A stretch of DNA of 64,000 nt. Source: an uncultured Acidimicrobiaceae bacterium (GTDB lineage: Bacteria; Actinomycetota; Acidimicrobiia; Acidimicrobiales; RAAP-2). The position numbers were made by a program, and so were the translations under genes. Below the pieces are notes generated by a model that saw only the letters and a list, made by a program, of their open reading frames with translations, was not told the origin of the DNA and did not search any database. This document shows positions 17,981 through 27,832 of this stretch, piece after piece; position 1 is the stretch's first letter; each line of letters opens with the position of its first letter. Where the stretch lies: the NCBI GenBank assembly GCA_963828505.1, contig CAWHFM010000009.1, positions 180,872 through 244,871 on the forward strand, in the 5' to 3' direction.

Positions 17981-18931
17981 ATGTCGAACAAGTCAAACCG
18001 CAATCCCGCATCAACCGGCAACGGGGCCCGTCGCCCCGAGTCGTTCCGCAACCGCCACCGCGTCCTGACCGCGCTCGTTCCGGTCATGCTGGTCGTTGCC
18101 ATCGTGACGACCATGGTCGTGATCAAGGCAACATCGGGAAGCTCAGGGTCGCCTTCGGCCGCCGCATCGCCCGCCTCGGCCCGGGCCGGAGGAGCCGGCG
18201 CGCCCGTTGACACCGGGACGACCGCGCTGTCGAGCAGCGTGGCCAGCTCACTCTCGTCGGTGACCGCCGCCACCTTGGCCACGGTCGGCGCGCCGTCGGG
18301 CATCACGTTGCCGAACAGGGTCGCCGGCAGCTCAGTGTCCCGGGACGCCCAGGGCAAGGCCGTGGTCACCTACATCGGTGCCGAGTACTGCCCCTTCTGT
18401 GCGGCAGAGCGTTGGGCCGTTGCGGTTGCCTTGTCGCGCTTCGGCACCTTCTCGGACCTGTCGGGTACGCACTCGTCGAGCACGGACGTCTACCCCGACA
18501 CCCAGACCCTCTCGTTCTACGGGTCGCACTACACGAGCCCGTACATCGACTTCCAACCGGTCGAGGAGACGACGAACCAGCCGTCGGGCGGTGGTTACGC
18601 CACGCTGCAGGTACCGACGGCGGCTCAGAACGCGCTGTTCTCCCGCTACGACGTCGCCCCGTACGCGAGCGAACCCGGAAGCATCCCCTTCGTCGACATC
18701 GGGAACCGGTACGTGATCTCGGGAGCGAGCTATTCGCCCGCAGTGTTGCAGGGCCTGTCGCGCCTCCAGATCGCGGCTGACCTCGACGATCCCTCGAGCC
18801 CAGTCGCACAGGCCATCGACGGGACGGCCAACGCCATCACCGCCGCACTCTGCTCGGTCACAGGGAACCAGCCGAGTGCGGTGTGCGATTCCCCGGTGAT
18901 CGTGGCCCTGGCCAAGAAGATGGGGGCGTGA
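17981..18931 (+). CDS. DUF929 domain protein (thioredoxin-like, CPFC motif)
   Basis: AGGAGG SD. N-terminal [18 protein letters not shown] motif characteristic of DUF929. Confidence 0.75.
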   Translation: MSNKSNRNPASTGNGARRPESFRNRHRVLTALVPVMLVVAIVTTMVVIKATSGSSGSPSAAASPASARAGGAGAPVDTGTTALSSSVASSLSSVTAATLATVGAPSGITLPNRVAGSSVSRDAQGKAVVTYIGAEYCPFCAAERWAVAVALSRFGTFSDLSGTHSSSTDVYPDTQTLSFYGSHYTSPYIDFQPVEETTNQPSGGGYATLQVPTAAQNALFSRYDVAPYASEPGSIPFVDIGNRYVISGASYSPAVLQGLSRLQIAADLDDPSSPVAQAIDGTANAITAALCSVTGNQPSAVCDSPVIVALAKKMGA

Positions 18932-19410
18932 GCGTGTCGGTCGCCTGGCGGCCGCGATCGGTGCCGGCGGGGGTGGTGGGGAGCTCCCTGAGCCTCTCGC
19001 TGATCGCGGTGGCGGTCGCCTCGTACTTGACGGTCGCGCACTACGCGGACCCGGCTGCGCTGGCGTGTCCCGACACCGGGATCGTGAACTGCACCCTGGT
19101 CACGACCAGCTCGTGGTCGGCGATCGCCGGCGTGCCGCTCGCCGTCCTCGGCCTCGCGTGGGCGCTGGTGATGACCGGGCTCTGTGTGCCCTGGGTGTGG
19201 CGTTCGACGGCACGTTGGGTCGACACGGCGCGCCTCGTCACGTCGGCTGCGGGCGCCGCCATGGTCGTCTACCTCGTCTATGTGGAGCTCTTCCGGTTGA
19301 GTGCCATCTGCTTGTGGTGCACGGCCATGCACGTCACGGCTGTCTGCCTCTTCGGGGTCGTCCTCAGCGCCCGGGCGCCCGCGCTCGGGCGCGGCCCGGC
19401 GGACGGGTGA
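18928..19410 (+). CDS. vitamin K epoxide reductase (VKOR) family protein
   Basis: GTG overlaps the upstream stop (GTGA). Four TM helices. Loop cysteines ([10 protein letters not shown]) and a CLWC active-site motif. Confidence 0.75.
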   Translation: MSVSVAWRPRSVPAGVVGSSLSLSLIAVAVASYLTVAHYADPAALACPDTGIVNCTLVTTSSWSAIAGVPLAVLGLAWALVMTGLCVPWVWRSTARWVDTARLVTSAAGAAMVVYLVYVELFRLSAICLWCTAMHVTAVCLFGVVLSARAPALGRGPADG

Positions 19411-19428
19411 GACGCCACCGGCTCAGCG

Positions 19429-21102
19429 TCAGCCCGCCGCTCCAGGCGCAGCCCGCTCCATCCAGCGCTCCACCGTGGCGGCGAGGGCGGGGAGGGGCAG
19501 CGAACCGGCGCGCAGGATCACGTCGTGGAACTCCCTGAGGTCGAAGGCCGGACCGAGCCGTCGGGTCGCGGCCTGGCGGAGGCGAAGGATCTCGCGCCGC
19601 CCCACCATGTAGGCGAGAGCCTGGCCCGGGTACGAGATGTAGCGGTCGACTTCGGACTCGATCTCAATCTGCGGTGTCGGTGCGGCCCGGCCGAGCCACT
19701 CGATCGCCTGGGCACGGGTCCACCCCATGGCGTGCAGGCCGGTGTCGACCACGAGACGCCCTGCCCTCCAGGCGTCGGCGGCGAAGAGCCCCAGACGGGT
19801 CAGGTCGTCGGTGTAGAGCCCCATTTCGTCGGCCAAGCGCTCGCTGTAGAGGCCCCATCCCTCCGCGCACGCGGTGTCGTAGAGCACCCGTCGCGCCGGG
19901 ACGAGCTCCTCGGCCTGGAGGGCGATCGTCAACTGGAAGTGGTGCCCCGGCACGGCTTCGTGGAAGGCGGTGTCCTCGGCGGCGTGGCGCAAGCGCTCCT
20001 CGGGCTTCGAGGTGTTGAGGAAGTACGTCCCCGGTCTTGAGCCGTCCATGGCGCCGACCATGTAGTAGGCCGGCGCCATTCCCTCTTCCTCGGTCGCCGG
20101 GACCGGTTCGACCACACAGGGCTCGTCGGGGACGACGCCGAACCACTTGGGCGCCTCGGCCTCGGCGCGCGCCACCACCCGCCGTGCGTGCTCGAGCATC
20201 TCGTCGCGGGTCTCGTAGCGCAGCGCCGGGTCGCCGACCATCCGCTGGAAGATGGAGGCGACGTCGGTGAGACCCCAGAGCCGTGAGCCCACTTCTCGGA
20301 ACTCGTCGTGCACAGCGTCGATGATCTGGAGGCCTATGGCGTGCAGCGCGTCGGGGGTGTACGCCATGGACGTGTGGAGCCGGACCAGCACCGCGTACAT
20401 GTCCGCCCCACCAGGCAGATGGCACAGACCGGGATGCTCGTCGTCGCGGGCGGCGGGAAGCACGTCGGACCGCAACCGGTCGCGGTACGCAGCGAGTCCG
20501 GGGCGGACCTGCTCGTCGACGATTGCGGTCACCTGCCGGCAGAACTCCTCGTGCTCGGCCTGGTCCGGCCGCGTCAGCCCGCCGGCGGTCGTGTCGTTCA
20601 CGACCAGGTCGAGCTGCGCGGCCGCGCCCTCGACGAGCCGGGCCACTGGTGTGCGTCCGTCTCGGATCCCCGCCGCGTGCCGCTCCGACACCGTGGCGAG
20701 CAGAGCGGTGAGCTGATTCAGGCGCGCCACGTAGCCGTCGCGCCGCCCGGGTGTGTCCAGCGGCACCTTCGGTAAGGCGTTGAGGACCGCTCCGACGGGG
20801 GCGACGAAGGTGTCGCTGATGGTGAACTCGGTCAGGGGGATTCCGGCTGCACCCGCCATGTTGCTCGCCATGTGCCTGACGAAGTCGAGAGTCTGGTGGG
20901 CGGTCTCGTCGAGATCCTCCCCGGGCATCGCGGCGGCGCGCTCGGCGATGGACGAGAGACGGGCTTCCATGGCGCGCTCCGCATGGGCGCTCATATCCGG
21001 GAGCCGGTCGTCATAGCCGAGGAACCCGTAGAGGGAGGCCGACAACGGGTCGGCGTCGAGGGACGCGTCGAGCAGCTCGGCGGCGAGATCGTCTGCGGTC
21101 AC
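19429..21102 (-). CDS. DUF885 family protein (metallopeptidase-like)
   Basis: 557 aa with the HEAVPGHHFQ motif and the overall pattern of DUF885. Confidence 0.8.
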   Translation of the reverse strand: MTADDLAAELLDASLDADPLSASLYGFLGYDDRLPDMSAHAERAMEARLSSIAERAAAMPGEDLDETAHQTLDFVRHMASNMAGAAGIPLTEFTISDTFVAPVGAVLNALPKVPLDTPGRRDGYVARLNQLTALLATVSERHAAGIRDGRTPVARLVEGAAAQLDLVVNDTTAGGLTRPDQAEHEEFCRQVTAIVDEQVRPGLAAYRDRLRSDVLPAARDDEHPGLCHLPGGADMYAVLVRLHTSMAYTPDALHAIGLQIIDAVHDEFREVGSRLWGLTDVASIFQRMVGDPALRYETRDEMLEHARRVVARAEAEAPKWFGVVPDEPCVVEPVPATEEEGMAPAYYMVGAMDGSRPGTYFLNTSKPEERLRHAAEDTAFHEAVPGHHFQLTIALQAEELVPARRVLYDTACAEGWGLYSERLADEMGLYTDDLTRLGLFAADAWRAGRLVVDTGLHAMGWTRAQAIEWLGRAAPTPQIEIESEVDRYISYPGQALAYMVGRREILRLRQAATRRLGPAFDLREFHDVILRAGSLPLPALAATVERWMERAAPGAAG

Positions 21103-21281
21103 GCGTCGGACGTTAGCTTCCCGTCTCTGATCGCTGAACGTCCGAACGCCGGGTCCTTCTCGCCGCCGGCGACGGCGGCGCCGGCTCGCGGGGGAGACCT
21201 CCGTCAGTCCGGCGCACCGACCGAACCGGGGGTCCGGCCTGGTTCATGGTGCTGCCATGACCCATGGAGCGTGTTCATGTC

Positions 21282-22112
21282 TCACGGCTCGAGCGCGCTG
21301 ACGGCGACGTTTCCGACGGCGACGAGTCGACGGGCGGCGCCCACGTCGATCACGCGGGTCTCAATCAGCGCCCGCCGAGTGTCGACCGCCAGCACGGTGG
21401 GGACGGCGACGACCGGTCCGACCCGGCCCGGCGCCAGATAACGGACCATCTCAGCGGCCGGCTGGACGGGACGACCGAGGATCGCAGAACCGCTGAGCTC
21501 GCTGGCGACGTCGACCATGCACGCCGTCACGCCGCCGTGGAGGATCCCCCAGGGATTGCGCAGCCAGTCCGCCATGTCCACCTCGACGCTCCCGTCCTCA
21601 CCGAGACGGAGGCCGAGCTCACTGACGAGATTCCCTCCGGGAGGCGAGCCTCCGTGGCTGTGGTCGAGGGGCTCCCCGAGGGGCTTCTCCAGGAGCGTCC
21701 GATCGAACTCGAAGGGGAACGGACGGCCCGTCGCCGTGCCGCCGCCGACGGAGCGACCGAGCCCGTCGTCGTGGAGCGAGAAGGCAGAGACCGTCGTGGT
21801 CTCGCCGGCACGGAGCACCTCGACCTCGATGCGCAGGGGACCGGTCTTCACCGGTGTGGTCAGGTGGACGTCGAGGTCGGTGGTCACCACCCACCGGTCG
21901 CGGTCGAGCACGGCGGCACCCATGGCGAGTCCGGTGGCCAGGTCCACCGTGTAGGTGATAGCGCCGATGCGCAACGAACCGTGACTGTCGACCAGCGAGT
22001 CCGTCACGCCCAGCGTCGTCGAGACCGTCGAGTCCCCGGTCCTGACGGATACCGATCCGATGAGCCGGGCCAGGTCGCGATCGGGCGAGCCGCTTCTTCG
22101 CTCGCGAGGCAT
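21282..22112 (-). CDS. double hotdog-fold thioesterase (PaaI-like)
   Basis: Two hotdog-like halves. The second carries NPWGILHGGVTACMVD, typical of PaaI/4HBT thioesterases. Confidence 0.65.
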   Translation of the reverse strand: MPRERRSGSPDRDLARLIGSVSVRTGDSTVSTTLGVTDSLVDSHGSLRIGAITYTVDLATGLAMGAAVLDRDRWVVTTDLDVHLTTPVKTGPLRIEVEVLRAGETTTVSAFSLHDDGLGRSVGGGTATGRPFPFEFDRTLLEKPLGEPLDHSHGGSPPGGNLVSELGLRLGEDGSVEVDMADWLRNPWGILHGGVTACMVDVASELSGSAILGRPVQPAAEMVRYLAPGRVGPVVAVPTVLAVDTRRALIETRVIDVGAARRLVAVGNVAVSALEP

Positions 22113-22214
22113 CGGCGGACTCTACTTCGGGTTCGAAACCTGCGATTCTTCGGGGGATATCGTCACGCGTGCCGCTCACGGACTTCCTCGCGCCTTCATG
22201 GGACCCGTCCGACG

Positions 22215-24467
22215 TCAGGGCCCTCGCTCGGCGAGCACCTGCGGCGTGCCGGAGTCGTCCGCCGTCGATCCGACCGCGCTGCACCGCGTCGTCGTGGCGC
22301 ACGAGATCCCGGCGAACGACCCGCCGTCGGGAAGGGTCGGGGTCGTCTCGAGCGACCACGAGGTGCCGTCCCACGCTTCGGCGACTGGTTGACCGCCCGC
22401 GGACCCGGTTGCATGGCACACTGCCTCGGCGCGGCACGAGACGGCCGTGAGAGAACCACCACCACTGAGCGGCGCGATGGTCTGGAGAGACCACGACGAC
22501 CCGTCCCAGTCCATGGCCAGCGGATTCCCCCCCGACTCACCCACGGCGGTGCACGCGTTCGGGGCGCTGCACGACACCGCGGCCAGCGTGCTCGCCGTCT
22601 GGCCGGTCGAGTCGGGTGTCGGCTCGATGCTCCACGTCGATCCGTTCCAGGTCGCGGCCAGAGTGAGATCGACCCCGTTGACACTCGCCCAGGAGCCGAC
22701 CGCGGTGCAGGAGTTCGTCGACGGGCACGACACCGAGGTGAAGGCGCTCACCTCCTCGCCGGGCGGGTTGGGGGACGGCACGACCGTCCACGACGACCCG
22801 TCCCAGCCCTCGACGAGGGTGAGTTCAATGCCCGACGCGTCCTGGTAGGAGCCGACGGCCACGCACGATGTGTCGGAAGCGCACGACACCGCTGGGACGT
22901 CGATCTCGGTGTCACCACGCCCGGGGGAGTGAAGCCGCTCCAAGGTCCAGCCGGCCTCGTCCCACACCTCGGCGAACGACTTGAAGAAGGGGTTGTTGAC
23001 GACGAACGAGCCCACGGCGACACACGCCGAGGACGACGGGCACGAGACCCCCTCCAAGGTCGTGTTCCGCGAACCCGCCGGGTCCGGCGTGGGCTCGACC
23101 GTCCAGGCCGACGCGCTGCGACGCTCGGCGAGAGATTCCTCGGTCCCACCGCTCCAGTAGGAGCCGACCGCCGTGCACGTGCTCGCCGCGCTGCACGAGA
23201 CGTCGCCGAGGCTGCTCTGGGTGGTGCCGTCGAGCGACGCGACCGTCTCGGTGGTCCAGGCGGTGCCGTTCCAGCTCTCGGCGAGGGGACCCGCTCCAAC
23301 GACGGTGCACTGGTCGGCTGACGGGCACGACACGGCGTTCAAGGAACCGCGGCCAGAACCGGGCAGAATCTTCCAGGCCGTGCCGTTCCAGCTCTCGGCC
23401 AGGACATGGGACTGGAGCCCGGTTCGGTAGAACTCCCCGACGGCGAGGCACGATTTCGCGGAGGCGCACGACAGCGTGCCCAGGGCGGCCTGGGTGGCCC
23501 CCGCCGGCGTCGGCACCTGTTCGATGGTCCACGTCGCTCCGTTCCAGACCTCGGAGAGGGTGGCGAAGCCCTCAACCTTGTTGACGGTGTACCCCGCGGT
23601 TACGCAGTCTGAGGCCGAGGAACACGAGACGTCGCTCAACGTGACGTTTTTCACTCCGGGAGGACGGGCGGGGCTCAGGAGTGACCACTGCGATCCGTCC
23701 CACCTCTCCGCCAGTGGGGCACCGGAGTTGGCGACGCCCACGGCGATGCAGTCGGATGCGCGAGGGCACGACACGCCGAAGAGCGAACCGAGGGCGGCCA
23801 TTCCCGGCGCCGCTTCTATCGCCCAGCGCGTGCCGTTCCACCCCTCGACGAGCACCTTGGCCGTCCCGACGTCGTTCTCGTCGTAGCCCACCGCCTGGCA
23901 GGAGTTGGTCGATGCGCACGAAACAGTGAACAGGTAGCTCGGGTCCACTCGGGGTCGTGCCGGCGCGGGCTGAAGGGTCCAGACCCCGTCCTCCCAGGAC
24001 TCGGCGAACGGGAGGGTGTCTCCGCAACACGTCTCCTCGTACCCGACGGCGGTGCACTCGGTGGGGGACGGGCACGACACTCCGGTGAGGTTGCTCAAGG
24101 TGGCGCCCGGCGGGTCGGGTGTCGCCTGCGCGGCCCACTGGGACCCGTTCCAGCGCTCGGCCACGGTCACGGCAGAGGTCGTCCCGGGCTGCGAGGCGCC
24201 CACCGTCGAGGTGCCGACCGTGGTGCATGCGTCGGGCGCAGAGCACGAGACGTCGTTCAGGGAGACGATCGGAGAACCCGCCGGGTTGGCCGCGTGTTGC
24301 ACGACCCACCCCGGGGAGGCGGCGCCGGCGGTGTGCACCCATCCACTCAGGAGAAGAACCGCACCGAGGACGGCGACGGCTGCTGTCCATCCGGCCAGGC
24401 CCTGCAGTCTTGGCACAGATCCGACCTCCACCTCTCCCCGAGGGGTCCCCGCGGACCGCTCCATCAT
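22215..24467 (-). CDS. secreted 14-repeat Cys-pair WNGxxW repeat protein (predicted double beta-propeller)
   Basis: N-terminal signal/anchor helix. 14 repeats of about 48 aa of form AExWNGxxW...P...L..VSCxSxxxCxAVG. Confidence 0.8.
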   Translation of the reverse strand: MMERSAGTPRGEVEVGSVPRLQGLAGWTAAVAVLGAVLLLSGWVHTAGAASPGWVVQHAANPAGSPIVSLNDVSCSAPDACTTVGTSTVGASQPGTTSAVTVAERWNGSQWAAQATPDPPGATLSNLTGVSCPSPTECTAVGYEETCCGDTLPFAESWEDGVWTLQPAPARPRVDPSYLFTVSCASTNSCQAVGYDENDVGTAKVLVEGWNGTRWAIEAAPGMAALGSLFGVSCPRASDCIAVGVANSGAPLAERWDGSQWSLLSPARPPGVKNVTLSDVSCSSASDCVTAGYTVNKVEGFATLSEVWNGATWTIEQVPTPAGATQAALGTLSCASAKSCLAVGEFYRTGLQSHVLAESWNGTAWKILPGSGRGSLNAVSCPSADQCTVVGAGPLAESWNGTAWTTETVASLDGTTQSSLGDVSCSAASTCTAVGSYWSGGTEESLAERRSASAWTVEPTPDPAGSRNTTLEGVSCPSSSACVAVGSFVVNNPFFKSFAEVWDEAGWTLERLHSPGRGDTEIDVPAVSCASDTSCVAVGSYQDASGIELTLVEGWDGSSWTVVPSPNPPGEEVSAFTSVSCPSTNSCTAVGSWASVNGVDLTLAATWNGSTWSIEPTPDSTGQTASTLAAVSCSAPNACTAVGESGGNPLAMDWDGSSWSLQTIAPLSGGGSLTAVSCRAEAVCHATGSAGGQPVAEAWDGTSWSLETTPTLPDGGSFAGISCATTTRCSAVGSTADDSGTPQVLAERGP

Positions 24468-24515
24468 GCCCGATGAATCGGGTCTGGAGAAGAGTGGCGC
24501 GGTTGTATGCGGGCC

Positions 24516-24818
24516 TTACTGGACGGCGATCATCGTCACGGTCGCGGTTGCCGGAAGCGTGTCGGTACCGCATTGGGTCTCGCAATTCACAGTCGCGGTC
24601 GGGGATCCGTAGAAGTCGCCCGCCGGGATCGTCTGCCAGCTGATGTTCGCAAAGTCGACTCCCGCGTTGGTGCCTGTCCCGCCGAACGCTGGCGGCCCGA
24701 CGTCATTTCCGGCGAAGTTCAGGTAGCACTCGAACTCGTCCTGCAGGTTGTAGACCTCCTTCCCGATGGTCACCGACGCCTCCACGAGAGCCGACGTCGC
24801 TCCGGCCGGCAGCGTCAT
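24516..24818 (-). CDS. small hypothetical protein (100 aa)
   Basis: Strong GC3 bias. MTLPAGATSALVEASVTIGKEVYNLQDEFECYLNF... No SD or signal peptide seen. Only the 3' end of ORF 24516..25373 is plausible. Confidence 0.4.
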   Translation of the reverse strand: MTLPAGATSALVEASVTIGKEVYNLQDEFECYLNFAGNDVGPPAFGGTGTNAGVDFANISWQTIPAGDFYGSPTATVNCETQCGTDTLPATATVTMIAVQ

Positions 24819-24957
24819 GGTGGTGGTCGCCAACGTGGTGGAGGCGCGTGCAGCCGCCGGGCGGTGGAGAGGGAGCCGACCGCAACGGATAGGGGAGGGT
24901 GATCCGTGCGGACCTTTCAGTCGCGATCTCACGAGTCCGCCAGAGGTGGCGGACAGG

Positions 24958-26733
24958 TCACGTCGGATTGGGAGTCGGAGCTGCCGCCACCGCGCCGGGT
25001 GCGCAGGCTCGGGGGTCCCACGGCGCCAGCTTGGTCGTGGGGGGATTGGGCGCAGAGATCGCCCCGACCGCAGCGCCAGAGGCGGCGGGCACGGAAGTGG
25101 TCGTCGTCGTCGTCGTGCTCGGCGATGTCGAGGCTGTGCCCGTCGTGCCCGTCGCCGGCGCCGGCGCCGATGGAGCGTTGACCGCGAATTGCGAACCGGT
25201 GACCACGGTGACCTGTGCGCCGTCGACCACCGCGGCAGGGTCGTACGCCATGACGGCGGCACCCGACAACGAGCGGACGACCGATTCCGCCGCGGCCTCG
25301 GTCGCGGCGTCACGCGAGCCGTAGTACACGTAGGTCTCCGCGACGTCCCCGACGGGTGGCGTGTCACCGACACCGACGAGGTGGTACCCGAGTGCCGTCA
25401 GGGCGGTCGCGGTGTCGGTGGCCTGGTTGTAGACACCCGTGCCGTTGAGGACCGAGACGGACACCGACGCGGGCGGAGGGAGCGGGTTGCCTGTCATCGA
25501 ATCGGTCGTCGGGCCGATCCCGAGGAGCTGCTCAATCGAGGCCAGGTCCTGGGCCTCGGCCGGGAACTCGACATCGCCGTAGTTGGAGCCTTCGTACACG
25601 AGCCCGCCGCCGCCCTCGGGGTCGGAGACCACCTGGACGGGCAGGGTGAGCTGGGGTACCGAGTTGATGTCGACGGAGTGGAAGTCCAAGACGAGGTTCA
25701 CCATGTCGCTGACGGGCCACGTCTGGTCGAAGGTCAGGTCGGCTTTGAGGGAGTTGATCAGGTTGAAGTCGGAGATTGGGTTGCCGAGCCCCTGTTTGCC
25801 CATGGTGCTGGCGAGCACGCGCAGGAACTCGTGGTCTCGCCGTATGCGTGCCAGGTCGCTCTCGTTTTCCTGCTGCCAGGAGTACGGGTCGTCGGGGTTC
25901 GACTGCGGCGTCTCATAGCGCAGGTGACGGGCCCGGACGACCTGGAGTGCCTGGGTGCCGTCGAGGTGCACGCATGCAGCTTTCGTCTGGTTGAGACCGG
26001 AGCTCACGGGCTGGTCGCCGTCGGCTCCACCGCCGGTCGGTGCCCAGTCGAAGATGGCGTCGGGGAACGACATGTTGATGCCACCGAGCGCCTGGACGAT
26101 GTTGGCGAACTGGTCGAAGTTGAGCGAGACCGCGTGCTGGATGGGTATGCCGAGGTCCTCCTCGACCGCGGCCACGACTTGGGTCAGACCCTGGTAGAGG
26201 CCGGCGTCGATTTTGTACGCCCCGTTGTTGCGGGCGTTGGGCACGAAGAGATCTCGGGGAATGGAGAGCAGCGCCAGGCGATGGTGGGCCGGATCGGCGT
26301 GGAGGATCATCATCACGTCGCTGTTGACTCCGCTGACCCCCTGCGAACACAGCCCGTACGCCGGGTTCTGGACGGCCAGGGCGCAGCGGGAGGTCGAGCC
26401 GACCATCAGGATGTTCTCGGTGCCCAGCTCTTGTCCTGACTTGAAGGCTGAATGAAGGCCTCGAACGGTGACTCGATGCAGGTCGTGGGTCAGGTAGTAG
26501 ACGTAGCCGGCCCCCGCGACCATCAGGACCAGCAGCGCGGCCAGGCCGGCCAGGACCCATTTGCGCCAGCGCTGACGGCCACGAGCTCGGGCATGACGTC
26601 CTCCGGTGCTCCGTGACCTGCGGGCGCGCTCGATCTCAGCCCCGAGCTCGTCCAAGCCGTCGAGAGGGGTTTGTGGCCGAGAGCCAACTCCCTCGAGGGG
26701 ATCCTGTTCTCCATCGTTCCCGCGAACTGTCAC
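24958..26733 (-). CDS. LCP (LytR-CpsA-Psr) family cell-envelope phosphotransferase with LytR_C domain and Thr/Pro-rich tail
   Basis: N-terminal TM. NSDVMMILHADP...LLSIPRDL...YKIDAGLY LCP core. LytR_C-like VSVLNGTGVYNQATDTATAL. Confidence 0.85.
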   Translation of the reverse strand: MTVRGNDGEQDPLEGVGSRPQTPLDGLDELGAEIERARRSRSTGGRHARARGRQRWRKWVLAGLAALLVLMVAGAGYVYYLTHDLHRVTVRGLHSAFKSGQELGTENILMVGSTSRCALAVQNPAYGLCSQGVSGVNSDVMMILHADPAHHRLALLSIPRDLFVPNARNNGAYKIDAGLYQGLTQVVAAVEEDLGIPIQHAVSLNFDQFANIVQALGGINMSFPDAIFDWAPTGGGADGDQPVSSGLNQTKAACVHLDGTQALQVVRARHLRYETPQSNPDDPYSWQQENESDLARIRRDHEFLRVLASTMGKQGLGNPISDFNLINSLKADLTFDQTWPVSDMVNLVLDFHSVDINSVPQLTLPVQVVSDPEGGGGLVYEGSNYGDVEFPAEAQDLASIEQLLGIGPTTDSMTGNPLPPPASVSVSVLNGTGVYNQATDTATALTALGYHLVGVGDTPPVGDVAETYVYYGSRDAATEAAAESVVRSLSGAAVMAYDPAAVVDGAQVTVVTGSQFAVNAPSAPAPATGTTGTASTSPSTTTTTTTSVPAASGAAVGAISAPNPPTTKLAPWDPRACAPGAVAAAPTPNPT

Positions 26734-27363
26734 TCTCTCACCTTGTGGTCATCGACCGGCGCCAGCGTCCCCGTGTCGACGCGCGAGGAGACACCAGTAA
26801 CGACGCCCCGATACGGACAGGGTATTCGGACGGGCGAGCCGTTCCGGGTCACGAGGCTCACCTGGACAAAGACGTCCGGATGGTCGCCTATCGGCCGCGC
26901 AACCTCCCAGCCGCTCCGTGAGCTGAACAGTCCGGTTGCACGACGTACCCGCTGTGGGTGCTGGAAGCGCCGTCTTCTGGGAGAGCTCACCAGCTCCGGG
27001 CTTACCTGCAGCGAGAAGCAGGAGAATCCGGGACCACGACGATGATCCCGGATGCTCGTGGGGTCAGTGCGTTGCGGTCCACGTAGCACCTCCGTCGGAG
27101 CCGCCTCCTGCGACCACGCGCGGTCCGCTGACCCGACCTGTGCTCCATGGGGTGATGGGCGGCAGCGGTAGCGGCAGTGGAGGCCGAGGTGACGAGCAGT
27201 CCAACGAAGATCAGGGGGCCGAGCTCGCTCACCACTTTCGAGGAGCGATGTCGGGCGACACGGGCCAACTTGCGCTCGACCACCTAGCGAAGGGGCGTGC
27301 TGTCGTCCGCAAGCCGACGCCGAAACGCCCGTCGATGTCTCCGCGAGACCTTCGGCCTTCGGC

Positions 27364-27744
27364 TCACATTCCTCGACAGGTGACGTCCAGCGTCACGACC
27401 CGACGGCTTCCGATTGAGATCGGCCCGGCGGCGCAGGCTCCCTGCGTCCCGTTTGAGACGAATCTGGGCGAGTGGCCCACAACGGTATAGAAACCAGGAG
27501 GAACCGGTATGTCGTAGCGGCCGCTGCCCGGCACAACTGCTGAATATGTCTGGCCCCCGCGGTTGGTCGCCGTGACTCGACCGGGGATGGCACCCCCGTT
27601 GGACGGCTTGATCACCCCGACGGACATCCGAAACGTGCCCCGGATCGTCCCTTCTGGTGGCGGAAGCGCGCTCGAACACGCGCTCAACAGTAAGCCCGCT
27701 GCCGCCACGAGCAGCGCCGACGCTGGAAGCACCCTGGTCCCCAT
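27364..27744 (-). CDS. lipoprotein with carboxypeptidase-regulatory-like beta-sandwich
   Basis: Signal peptide with lipobox LLLSAC. GxVxxxxGGxxxxAxVxxxGxYxxxVPPGxY pattern. Confidence 0.6.
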   Translation of the reverse strand: MGTRVLPASALLVAAAGLLLSACSSALPPPEGTIRGTFRMSVGVIKPSNGGAIPGRVTATNRGGQTYSAVVPGSGRYDIPVPPGFYTVVGHSPRFVSNGTQGACAAGPISIGSRRVVTLDVTCRGM

Positions 27745-27832
27745 CTCACTGCATTTGACTCATCGCTCGGGCAATTGGTTCGTGAGCCCATGGAGCGGGC
27801 AAGCCTGACGGCAGGTCCAGCCCTGGAGAACT

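Noticed and set aside
21264-23321. 685-aa plus-strand ORF
   Set aside because: It is antisense to the thioesterase and the 14-repeat propeller genes. Arg-rich low-complexity translation.
24766-26439. 557-aa plus-strand ORF
   Set aside because: It is antisense to the LCP gene, which has clear family motifs. Shadow ORF composition.
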